Source: Monocercomonoides exilis PA203
Lineage: Eukaryota > Protista > Preaxostyla
Assembly (NCBI GenBank): GCA_001643675.2
Contig: LSRY02000012.1
Span: forward strand, 1,116,001 to 1,180,000
Reading direction: 5' to 3'
Length of the DNA stretch: 64,000 bases
Shown here: positions 25,218 through 37,200 of the stretch, one piece after another
Layout: each line of letters starts with the position of its first letter
Numbering within the stretch: the stretch's first letter is position 1
The notes under the pieces: generated by a model
Told to the model about the DNA's origin: nothing
Databases searched by the model: none
The model's input: the letters and a program-made list of their open reading frames with translations, nothing else
Position numbers and translations under genes: made by a program

Positions 25218-28093
25218 GGCGAGATATAATCTTGTTGACAGACGATTTGAGCTAAAATACAGATAATAAATGAAAAGCACTCTTTTTCTAATAACTAAAA
25301 AATTGAAATTATTTGGCGAAACTTTGTCTGTCATGTTCAGTTTTAAAAATACCAAAAATAAAAAAATAATGGGCGTGATCATTGAATAAATTTGTTCTTA
25401 CTCATATTTCCGCATATTGCAAACAAACATTGATGAACTCGGTTGCATCCTTTTAGTTTTTTTGTTAATGTGAGCATTGATCAAGTTTGAACTCTAATTT
25501 TGTTTTTAATGTTTGAATAATGTGTAATTTATTAATCAACTTTTGATTGAAAGCACACAAGCATTAGATAAAATCAAACAAACTCAATTTTGAAAAAATA
25601 TTGGAGCTAAGTATGAGTCTTTGATTTCAAATATTGAATATTCGAAATTTTAATAATTATTAGTTGAAAACAATTTATAACGATTTATATTGCTCCCTGT
25701 AAATTGTAAACATTCAATCGAATGTACTGGCAGAATTTTGAATTATTTGAATGAAAAGAAACGGTGAAAAAGCAACATGTTTGAACAATTCAATGAAATG
25801 TGAAAGAGATGTTGAAAATCAGCTGCCATTGGTTCATAAGCTTCTTTCGTTGAAACAAATATTATGTTTCATTATGCTGAAATGCACTTAACATTAATGC
25901 TCTGGAAGATCATCAAGTAACGTTTATATTTTGAAGATAACTGTGGATGAGATGAATAAAGAACGAAACAAAAAATATTTAATTTATTTCATAGAATTCA
26001 TAATCTGTTTTACGAGAATTATCTTCCAAACAGATAACTGCATTCAAAAATGCTCCATTCCACTTCTTCTTCTGACTTAGAAGAAAATGAGGAAATGCAA
26101 AAGAAAGGCGTTGTTTTTTATATTTGAATTGAACCACCCTGAAAATTTGTGTGAATGATCGTTGCACTTCTTTTCTTGTCAGAATATCCATGTATCCAAA
26201 GCAAATTCATAGAAATACAAATGAGAAATTGATATCATGACAAAAAAGATGCTGAAACAGAGAAGAAGTCGAAAGCAATCGTTTTGTTGAAATTTATTTA
26301 TCACTTTTTTCAATTCAATTTTTCGCTTTTTCTCCGAAAGTTTACTCAAGCAAGTTAATTTATCATTGTGAATTTACGCCTGATATTTTATTTAACTCTA
26401 TTTTGTTTTGTTTTAAAACAAGATCTGATGTGAAAAAAATATAAAAATAAACGGTCTTCACAAAATTTCGAGTGATTCCGAAAAAAACCAGGTAATATAA
26501 TAGATAAAAAAGTTTGTTGATGAGGAAAAAAGCCGACGTAGAAACCTGGTGTTTGTTTTGTTTACAGTTTACTTCTCATTTTTTAATTAAAACAGTGAAT
26601 TCTGATAGTGCATTTTTTGATCATTTCCCCGTTTATTTTCTGACATGCATCTCTTCATCTTTTTTATTTAATCATCCCAGTTTTCTTTTTCATTCTCTTT
26701 CATCTATCTGTTGTTAAAATCATTGAAAAACGAAATATGGATATCAATTTGTTTGAACATTATATTTGACAAAATTATATCCTCCTCTTCATCTTCAACA
26801 ACATTTCCTTTTTTCCAGTCTCTTCAACTGTACAAAACACTCTCATTATGCTTCCAACTCACATTCTAATTTCTTCATTTTTGTTTTGATGATAGATAAA
26901 AAAAAATTCCAAAACTTTTCTTCGTTAAAAATTACTCTTGCTTCTTACCTTTCCTTTCCTTTCTATTTAGCTTTCTTCTTTTTTCGTTTTCCAATAAACG
27001 CATTCTCTCTGCTCTTCCAGTTCTCTTATTGTATCTCTCAGAAAATGAAGCTCATTTGAAAGAACTTCTTCCAAACTTCTATCCAAAAAAAATTCTTTTT
27101 ATCATGAGCATTCAAGAAGTCTGATAGGTGTATCGAGTCAAATTGCGATGTTCTTGCATACACTGGATGGTTTCTTTGATCTCGTTCATAAACAGTTCAT
27201 GCTCTATTTCCTTATTAAATAAGAAAGAAAATCAAAAACGTTTATAATAAAACAAGAATGTTTTCACACATTGATAGTTACAGCAATTCAGCGCTGAAAG
27301 TGCTTGTTTCACTTCTTTTTGAGCTTCCTCGTTTTCCTCTTTCATCAACGTAACTAACAGTAGACAAAGCACACCAGTTGATATCGGCATTATGAAAACT
27401 CATTAAAAAACAATAGATTTGATTTGGAAAAATCTTTTACCAATTTTTCAATCTTTCCTTCGTTCTTTTTGGCTTCTTTAATAAAATTCTCTTCTTAAAT
27501 CACTTTGTTCATAATATTGTTTTTTTCTGCTCCAATAAAAATATCTCGCGATATCATTCACTATTAATTGTGAATTCAACAAGGCACATGCTCTCAGACA
27601 ATTCGACTTCCTGTTTTTAAATAATTATTTAAAAAAATTGATTTGATCAATTATTTCTTGAAAAGACAAAATCAAACCAGTATTTAATCGAAAGACAAAT
27701 TCTGATGAGAACATTTCAAGCCATTATAAAAACATATATCAACTTACTTTCCAAAATTTTGTCCTTACTTAAGATTAAAACATGCTTTGATAATTTCGAC
27801 CTGTGCAACATTAATTAAACTACAAAACAGAAGAAATGAGCATACATAAACAAGAAATTTGCACACAGCCTTGTTCATATATATAAGTTTGCAATATGCG
27901 GAAATATGAGTAAGAACAAATTTATTCAATGATCACGCCCATTATTTTTTTATTTTTGGTATTTTTAAAACTGAACATGACAGACAAAGTTTCGCCAAAT
28001 AATTTCAATTTTTTAGTTATTAGAAAAAGAGTGCTTTTCATTTATTATCTGTATTTTAGCTCAAATCGTCTGTCAACAAGATTGTATCTCGCC
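25218..28093. mobile_element. Non-autonomous long-TIR DNA transposon (Mutator- or Merlin-like), 2876 bp
   Basis: 207-bp TIRs at 25218-25424 and 27887-28093 start GGCGAGATA; I saw one mismatch. They are flanked by the 8-bp direct repeat GTTCAATG (25210-25217, 28094-28101). The interior has only decayed, intron-like-punctuated coding remnants on the minus strand. Confidence 0.9.
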
Positions 28094-28967
28094 GTTCAAT
28101 GTAAATCTTTCATGTGATTCAACTGTTATTGTTTTGGGGATAATCGCCTCAAGTTTGTGTTCTGTGAAGTAACAACAACAAGTCAATCTGCAAATGTCGT
28201 GTTTTTCTTCCCTTTATCTTAATAATGTGTTCAAAGTTCCCAAGAACATTAAACATTTTGATCAATTCTTCTCTCCAAATACTCAAATTACATTCAGAAT
28301 GGATTGTATTTGTTGCACCAATAAATATCAAAATATACGGTCAACTTTTCAATGGGACTTTTTCCCTTATTGGCACTTTTTTTGTTTTTGACTACCAACT
28401 TTCAACAAACGTTGATTAGCTTTCAGCACATTAAAAATCCTTTTTAACCGGTTTTATTCTATTTATTTATTGTTTTCTTTTTTATTTTTGTTTTTTACAC
28501 ATCGAAAAATTGAGTTTTTTGTTCAATTTAATAGGACTTTTATCATCGAACCAGGCAACTCACAAGAAATTGATGAGTTGTTTTGAATGGCATAAACTAT
28601 AATCTAACTATTTTTAAATTCTTTTTTTCACAAACACTTTTTTCTTGTTTTTCTTCACATTTCATTTTTTTAACAACATACAAACATTAAACAGTTTATT
28701 TCTTTATTTGTATATTGAAATGAAAAAAAAAATATGATATGAAAAACAAATACTTTAATTATGAAGTGTTGAAAAAATAAAACATTCTAATTTTTTGTTT
28801 GTCTCTTACAGACAAATGGCGCAAACTTACAATGAGCTTCGATCAAACTTTTGTAACGAAGTTAAGTTTGAGACAAAAAGAAAATTGGAATGTTTTATTT
28901 TTTCAACACTTCATAATTAAAGTATTTGTTTTTCATATCATATTTTTATTTTTTTCATTTCATTATA

Positions 28968-29418
28968 CAGTCCAAATCGGATATAATCACATCGGTTTTT
29001 GCACAACTTTTTGTGAATATGTCCGATTGTGATAATATCCTATACTTCTTAACACAGAAAAAAATAATAATTTACAAATAAATTACTTAATTTTAAGTCA
29101 AATATTTGAAATTTGAAAATTATTCATCAAAACGCATTTTTCGATAGAAAAAACTATTTTTTTGGATTTTATTAAGTTATTTTGACTTATTTAAACTATA
29201 TTTTGAAAAAGCGAAAAATTGAGATTTTTGATCAAAAAATCGATTTTTCATAGAAAAAAGCACCAATAATGAAAATAATTGTGATTATATATATTTAGCC
29301 CTGTGACAATATGCGATGGGAAATGAATGAAAAATTGGACAAATGTGTCGGTGCATCGAAAAATGTGACTATAAACGAATGTGATCATATTCGACGTGAT
29401 TATATCCGGTTTAGACTG
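28968..29418. mobile_element. Tc1/mariner (pogo-like) MITE, 451 bp
   Basis: TIRs CAGTCCAAATCGGATATAATCACATCG and CAGTCTAAACCGGATATAATCACGTCG (24/27). TA TSD at 28966-28967 and 29419-29420. Confidence 0.85.
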
Positions 29419-29525
29419 TATTAATAAAGAAATAAACAATTTAATGCAATCATGTTGATGAAAATTTGAAATGCGAAAAAATCAAGAAAAAGTGTTTGTG
29501 AAAAAAAAGATTTTAAAGATTAATA

Positions 29526-29569
29526 TATACCTCTGTGACCTGACAAATGACTTGAAGCCTCGTCTGTCA

Positions 29570-29607
<38 letters not shown>

Positions 29608-29999
29608 TTTGTATTAATATAAAATAAACTATTGCTAAAACTTCCAAAAACTTTACAAAGCACTATGGAAAAGATTTGCTGATAGCATCTGTAATATCTT
29701 GTCGTTTTTTCTCTTTTGTCAGTGACCGTCGGTGACTGTCAATGACAAATTGTGACAAAAATATACCTCAACTGACATTTCATGTCAAAGAAAATAAATG
29801 TCGGGAACTTGATCACATAAATAAATAATTTGATTTTTTCAAAATAATAAGAATTATCTCATGAAGATTTTCAAATAAAACATTGTTGTAATTAAGAATT
29901 ATGACATCATTATAAATAACCCTTTTTGACAAGTCCTAAATATCTTGTCAGTCATTTTGTCATTTTTTCAATTTTCTCTTGTCATGTCACAGAGGTATA
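29526..29999. mobile_element. hAT-type MITE, 474 bp
   Basis: TIR TATACCTCTGTGAC(C/A)TGACAA. 8-bp TSD GATTAATA at 29518-29525 and 30000-30007. Many internal TGAC/GTCA subterminal motifs. Confidence 0.88.
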
Positions 30000-31264
30000 G
30001 ATTAATAGTTCAAAGCAAATGCAATATAAAACATGTCCCCAATTTCTTGAGCGATTCCCAGTTGGCTAGAAAAAGTCCTATAAAATTTAACAAAAAAACG
30101 ATATTTCTCGATGTGTAAAAAACGAAAATAAAAATGAAAACAGTAAGTAAATAGAATTAAACTTGTCAAAAAGGATTTTTAAAATGCTGAAAACTACTTC
30201 TCATTTCTCGACATTTTGCAAGCAAAAACAAAAAAAGTGCCAATTAAGGAAAAAGTCCCATTAAAAAGTTGACCCTATCAATGTATGACAAAAACAATTC
30301 TAGTCATCTCATGCAAACGAACTTCTTTGAAATTTCGATGCAATCCTTTCATATTTAATTATTTAAGTCGTGATCCAAATTTGTTTTTTCAGTTCTTTTG
30401 ATTCTTCAATTGAACTGCATAATTCTATTCTAATGTGAACTGACGTTCGGATTCAAAATGAAAACAATGATCATATTTCCTGCCACAAACAAAAGGTTAA
30501 ATTGTACGGCTTAGTGAGGCTCTGGCTCTTTAAAGAGATATTCAGACACTCTATAAACAAAAAAACAATTATTATAAAATTATAAAAATAAAAAATAAAA
30601 AAAATAAAAAACTTCGAAATGCAATCAAACTGCACATCTTTTTTGGGTTTTATCTCTTCATGGTATGAAACAGTTTTGAGAAGGCAAAATGCAATAAAAA
30701 TCAATTCCTCAAGAGAATCACATTCATAAATCATTTAAAAATGTCTGAATAGATCAGCAAGAGAAAATTCATTAACTTTGTCTCACAATTTGAGTTATTT
30801 AATATTAACAGTCATTGTGTTTATTTCACAACTCTTTCTTCCATGTGAAGTTTTATTTTTTTATTCTTTGGATAATTCAACAGTTAAAAAAACTCAATTC
30901 ACTTTTAATGCAAAAATTCATTGTTCAGATAAAAGTATTCGATCTAATTGCATTTTTGATATTCAACAAAATTTTTACTGCTGAAATTTTAGCATCATAG
31001 AAGAGTGTTCAAACTTCTTAAAAATTTTTAAATAAATTTGGAATTAAATTGTTGATAGTTTGTATATTATTTCAATTTTGTTGATTTTCATTTTGTTGAA
31101 CTGTCAAAATATAACTTTAAATATCAACTTGATTATTTGACTGAATATTTTCAGATTGACCAGCATCGTTAAATTTTGTGAGTTTGAAAGGTTTTGATGA
31201 TTTATTTATTCATTTATTTAACGTGTATGTCTTGGACAACAATTAAAAAGTTTGAAAAATCTTG

Positions 31265-34200
31265 ATGATTCAAAATGCATTTATGAAAACGTTTGTTGCT
31301 GTTGCTTTTGCATGTATCCAAGTTTATGCCAGGGCAAACATACAGAAAGAAAAAATAAACTGTGAAAGAACTGATTGAAAGCGAAATCAAAAATTTTCGG
31401 ATTTTGATCAAGAAAGAACTGAAAGGGGGACAATTCTTGGATTTTTTGCTGTTCAAAACACAACACTTGTATATTCATGTGTCATCCTCAAAACATCAAA
31501 TAGCCAATCTTTCTTTCAAATCAGTGAGCAATCAAGCCTTTTCCTCACAAGCTGCCTTTCAATTTCTTCTTCTGAACATGGTTTTTTTGTGATTGATGGA
31601 GGAGTGGCAGATGTTAAAAATCTTTCAATTTCCACAATTCGCTCGTTCACACCAATTCCAGGCTTATTCTGCTCATCATCAAATGCAATGTCATTTCACA
31701 AAGAAGCATTTATTTCTCTTTCCAATTCGTTGTTTTCATCGTTTGAGATGTCAAAAACTCCGCTCCTAGCAGCAGACATTTGTTGTTCAGTTTCTGCCAC
31801 CTGCCTTTTTATGCACAACATCACTTCAACATTTCAGGTTCGGTCTGCATCCCCAACGATATCAGTTGCAACTATGACAACACTTGATAGATGCATTTTT
31901 CATAGAGTCAATGATGTTATTGATGGGGGTATTACAAGATCAGTGAACAGCCCTTCTTCTTCACTTGCATCACTCAACGTCACCCTCGAAAATTGTGTGC
32001 GCCAAACAAATGTGGCTGAATCAAATAACAAACATACGACGCAGCAGAGACTTGAGACTAATGAGGCACATGTTTTCATTGATTGCGAATGGCATGATAT
32101 CAACGTTAGCGGAGTTGGAAGTGCTATTTTTATTAATTGCACTTCAACCCTTGAATGTACGAGATGCAAATTTTGCAATTTGAGTCATATCAATGATGGG
32201 GCAGTAAATGTTCAATCAGCATGTGGTGTAAACATGACAAAATGCAATTTTTCTAATTGCTTTTCAGTTTATAACACAGGAGGAATGATAATACATAAAT
32301 TGTTTGGGAATTATTATATTTCTAAATGTGAATTCAGAAAATGTGTTGCAACTCAAAATTATGGAGGAGGATTACGCTTGCAACAATATAATGGAACTGA
32401 GAAAGGAGTGATTAATGAATGCAAATTTAAAAACAATGAAGCTGGAACTTTTGGAGGAGGAATTTTTTGTGAGCACCATTCGTTTTCATATGAATTATCT
32501 GATTGCTTGTTCTCTGAAAATTTGGCGAACGGAACAGTAGAAGCAAATGACCGTGGAGGTGGAGGATTATTTCTTTGTTCGATGGAATGGATGAATAACG
32601 ATCCTCCTCCTGTCATATTCTCTTTTTGTCTTTTCATTGAAAACAAAGCCAGATGCAACGAGGGACACGATATAAAAATCTCAAATTCATTAATCAATGT
32701 CAATCCATTTGAATCATCATATTCCACAACACAAGAAAATCGAGTGCATTACAATAATAGTAACATTGCATATAACGATTGGTTGCCCTATATTTGTGTA
32801 AGATTTGTGAGTTCAAATGGAACATTTGATGAAATTTGCGGATATAGAAAAAATTATCCATGCAAGTTAATTGAGACTGCACATCTTTTCTCAAAAAACC
32901 TTCCAAAATATACGATAAATAATATGCAATCAATATTTACTCCATTGGCAATGATCATCGATGGTGGAGAAGCGTCATTTGAAGGTGAAAGTGCTGATAA
33001 TTGCATCATAAACACATCCTCGCTGGATTCTTCATCATTCTTGTTCACTTTGACTTCAGGATCAATGAAAATATCACTTGTTACCATTCAACACAACTCC
33101 GATGACTCAACTGCTTCACTGTTTGCGATGGGTCCTACTTCAGACATGCTTTTATTGAAAAGTGTTACCATTTCCGGACTTGACGAAACAACTCAAAGAA
33201 TTTGGAGCAATCCTCTATTTCACGTAATATTTTCCAAGTTGCAAATGGACAACTGCTTGGTGAATCACTTTGCCTTGTCAAGTTTCTCAATCTTCGAAGA
33301 AGATATTGAGAGTGAAACAGGAGAAAGCATACTGACGAATGTGACGTTTAGCAACATTTCAAAAGGAGAGGGAAATGGTGGAATATTCTCCGCTTCAAGT
33401 GGAAGAAGCGATTTCTTTTGGATATAAAATGTAACATTCAAAAACTGCTGGTGCAATGAAGGAAACGGAGGATGCATCGAGTGGAGTTTTATGCAGGGGG
33501 GTTCTTTCAAGATTGGGCAAAACAGCATTGTGACAGAAATTCAAGATTGCGGGTCTGAGAACGGAAATGGGAATCCAAGCAGAGTAAGTGACACTGGAAG
33601 AGGAGGAGGATTATTTCTGGTGTTGTCTTCATCAAGTGATGTGTTTGAGATTGTGAATGTGATGTTCAACAGAAATCATGCAGAACATGGAAGAAACGTG
33701 TTTATCACGTCAAACCATCTGGATTTGATCCCAGTTGATAGGTTCGCATTTGTCTTGCAAATGAATGAAGATGCGAGTGATGCAGAAGGGATGGGCGATG
33801 CCAGAAACACTTCACTCATCGTCCCCATTCTTTGCTACACTCAAGATGTGCCCCAAAGTGGGATTCAAGTGTCTGATTCTGGATATGATCATCCTCGTTG
33901 TGGTTTTGCGTTTTTCAAATGCAGAACGCTGAGGTTCCCGGTGAATAGAGTGAATGGCTCTCCGATAAGCATAATAGTTAAGAGCACAGTGGATGTTGGC
34001 GAAACTGTTGTCTTTTCCAAAACACAGACAGATGTTGATGCAGCTGAAGATGGGGGGTTGCTCATAATCCACGAAGAAGCATCGTGTGCAGAAGAGAGTT
34101 GCAAGGGATTGTTTGATATTTTGAACAAAACAACAATGAGAAATCTTGCGTTGAACTTGCCCTCAGTTCTGCAGCATCATGAAATGCTGTTTTATTTGAA

Positions 34201-37200
34201 AAAAGAGTCTTTGGAATTCAATCAGTGTGGATTTCAATTTTCGACTGGAGTGAATATGATTCAATACTCATTATTTGCCGTGGAGAAAGGAACAGTGAAA
34301 GTGTTATCGCTGGTTTTGGACTCAACGAAATTTATGAAATCTGGGTTCTCTGCAAACGGAGACGCCTCTCATTTTGTGATTGAAAATGTCGATCTGAGAA
34401 ATATCACATTATCTCATGAAGATGGATTTGTTGAGGTTGTCAATGGAGGATCATTCACTGCAAATGAAATGAATGCCAGCGAATGCAATATGGAAGGATG
34501 CAGCTTGATTTATGCAGGAACCAGATGTGTAGTAAGATTGAGCATGTGTAATTGGAGTTCATGTCAGTTCACAGATTCTGGGCTGATAAAGGCAAGCAAG
34601 GCAAATGAAATTCATGTGATTAATTGTAATGGAACAAGAATCAAGCTGTCAACAGGAGATGGAGGGTTGATTGGTGGGGTGATTGCTGATGGTGGAATTG
34701 TTGTTATTGAAAACACAACCATTGAAGACTGTGTTGCAGAAAGTGGGAATGGAGGAGGATTGAAGCTGGATATGAGAGACAGCGCAGAATTAAGAATCAG
34801 TTCAACAAGCGATGCCACATCAATAAAGAGATGCATTGCTGGAAGAACGGAGCAAATAAATGGAGGTGGATGTGGAGGAGGACTCTGGCTGGGATTTGAG
34901 GGTGAATCATCGAGATTTGATTTGGCCGGAATGAATGTGGAAGAGAATGAAGCAAGATGTGGGAGAGATGTGTATCTTGTCTGCCAAGACTTGAGAAAGA
35001 CTGTGACAGCATCAACGTTTTCATTTTGCGCAAAGATCACTGAGAGGAACAACTCGCTGATGGGGAAAGACAGATCAAAGTTCGAAAATGATGTTGATCT
35101 TCTCATCTTCCTCGAAGGTTACAGCTCGTTGCTCATTGAAGTTGATGGGCTGACAGGAGATAATGGAATATGGTGTGGCATGGAAGTGTGCCCATGTGCA
35201 AGTGTGGATTACGGAGTTCTCAGACTTGCAGGTGATGAGAAACGAATAACGCTTGCAGGGCGCTCAGCAATAGAGCAGGAAACTGATCTGACAGATGTGA
35301 GTATCGAAACCAAAACAAACAGCCAAATCATTGTGATAATAAAATCAACAATTGGAGGAGAGTCAGACAGCGTTATTATTTCTGAGGGAAGCACTCTGAT
35401 AAAGAACACAGTTCTTCAGTTGCCAAAACGCTTTGATGAAACAAAGCACACTTTGATCAGCTCAACATCACAAAACGGAGTATTGGAAGTTCAGAAATGC
35501 ATCTTTGAAATGCAGGAAGAGTCGAGTGAAGAGATTCAATACTCCATAATGCGATGCAGTGGAGCAATACTGATTATGAATTGGACAACCATTCACAACA
35601 TAAGAACAGCAAGGCCTATATTGGAGTTGTCACTTCTTGGAGCTGAAAATATGGCATCCGACGAGCCAATTGTTAACATCAAAAACTGCACATTTGCAGA
35701 TTTGTCCAATGCAAATACAGATTGCGCAGTTCTTTTCAGCTAAGATGCGAAAAATGCAATTGAGATGGAACAGTGCAATATGACAAATGTGAAGTCAATT
35801 GCAAGCAATTCAGGCGGAGCGATAAACATTAACTTATCTGGAAGTTGCTTGTTTGAAGTGAGTAGTTGTGAGATGAAATGATGTGCTGCTGAAACAAGCA
35901 GTTCTGGCAAGGGAGGTTGCCTCTTCTTGAACAACAAACAGGCAGCTACTGATATTTCTTTTGTGTTTGCAAATGTTCATTTCGAAGACAATGGTGCGTT
36001 TCTTGGAAAAAATATATTTATCCTCAGCAACGATCTGAATGAATCAGTGACAAATCAGACATTTGGATTCAGCGTTGATGGGCTGAACGACAACTCGAAT
36101 TTGTTTGTGGGAACTGATGAGAAGCGGAACAACACAGATCTCCTCCGATTTCTGGTTGAATACAGAAATTCAGTTGTGGTTATGTGGGAAGGAGGAGACG
36201 ATGTTGCGAGATGCGGGAGTGATGTAGATCCTTGCAAGTCGATGTGGATGGGGCTGAAACATATTGAAAGAGATGCGACCTTCAATGTTGTGGAAATCAA
36301 AGAAAAGATAAGCGTTGAAGGGTCATTCAATTTGTCTGGGCTGGTTGTTGAGCCCCAAGGTTCAGGAGGAGATGAAGTGGTGCGTTCTGCTCTTGAAATT
36401 GGGAGCAAAGAAGAAAGAATAGTGTCTGTGTGGATAAGCAACAGCAAAACCCTTTCACTGAGAGAACTTGATATTTGCACAAATCGCTTGCAGCCAAATG
36501 GAAAAACAGGCATATTCGAAAGTGATGGTGAAATGCTTGAATTTGACGATTGTTCGCTGTCAACCAATGGACTCGAAGATAAATTGGATAATGCTGCTCT
36601 ATGCTTTGTGAAAAAGGGAATTTTGCATTTATGGAAGTGCATGATCACATCGTTTGAAGCGAAGCAAAGTGTTTTTGTGATTCTTTCGGGAGTCCAGAGC
36701 TTGTTTGATGAATGCAGTGTTTCACAAGCAAAAGCCGAATGTGGAAGTCTTGTGAAGGTGCAAGATGAAAGCAGAGACCACAAAAACAACGAAAGAAATG
36801 GTGTGGGCGAAGTTGTTGCAAAGAATTGCACTTTCTCTTCAGTGAATGTGGAAGGCACAGATGCAAGTTTGATATGTAGCGCATACACTTGTGGAGTTAA
36901 AGTTGATATTGAATCATCTGCTCTGGAAGAGTGTTGTGCAGGTGGAAGCACAAAGGGAGGAGCAATTCTATTCACACTGAATGAAGAAGGATCATTAAAG
37001 TTGAAGAATGCAAGTGCCAGGCAGTGCGGATGCTCATCCAGCGAAGGGAAAGGAGGAGGAGTGTATCTTTCCACCGGACTGAAAGGAGAACTGAAGTTTG
37101 AGTTTGATGATGTGACTTTCAGAAGAAACACAGCGAAAATCGGAAATGATGTGTTTATTGAGTGCCATCGGATTGAAAGCCAGATCAACGAAACGCAGTT

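Larger units (their letters stand above)
28338..30275. mobile_element. Diverged foldback (palindromic) MITE whose right arm is interrupted by two younger MITEs
   Basis: The left end CGGTCAACTTTTCAATGGGACTTTTTCC is the near reverse complement of the right end GGAAAAAGTCCCATTAAAAAGTTGACCC, with TA on both flanks. Arm homology continues inward to a spacer near 28800-28880. Confidence 0.75.
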
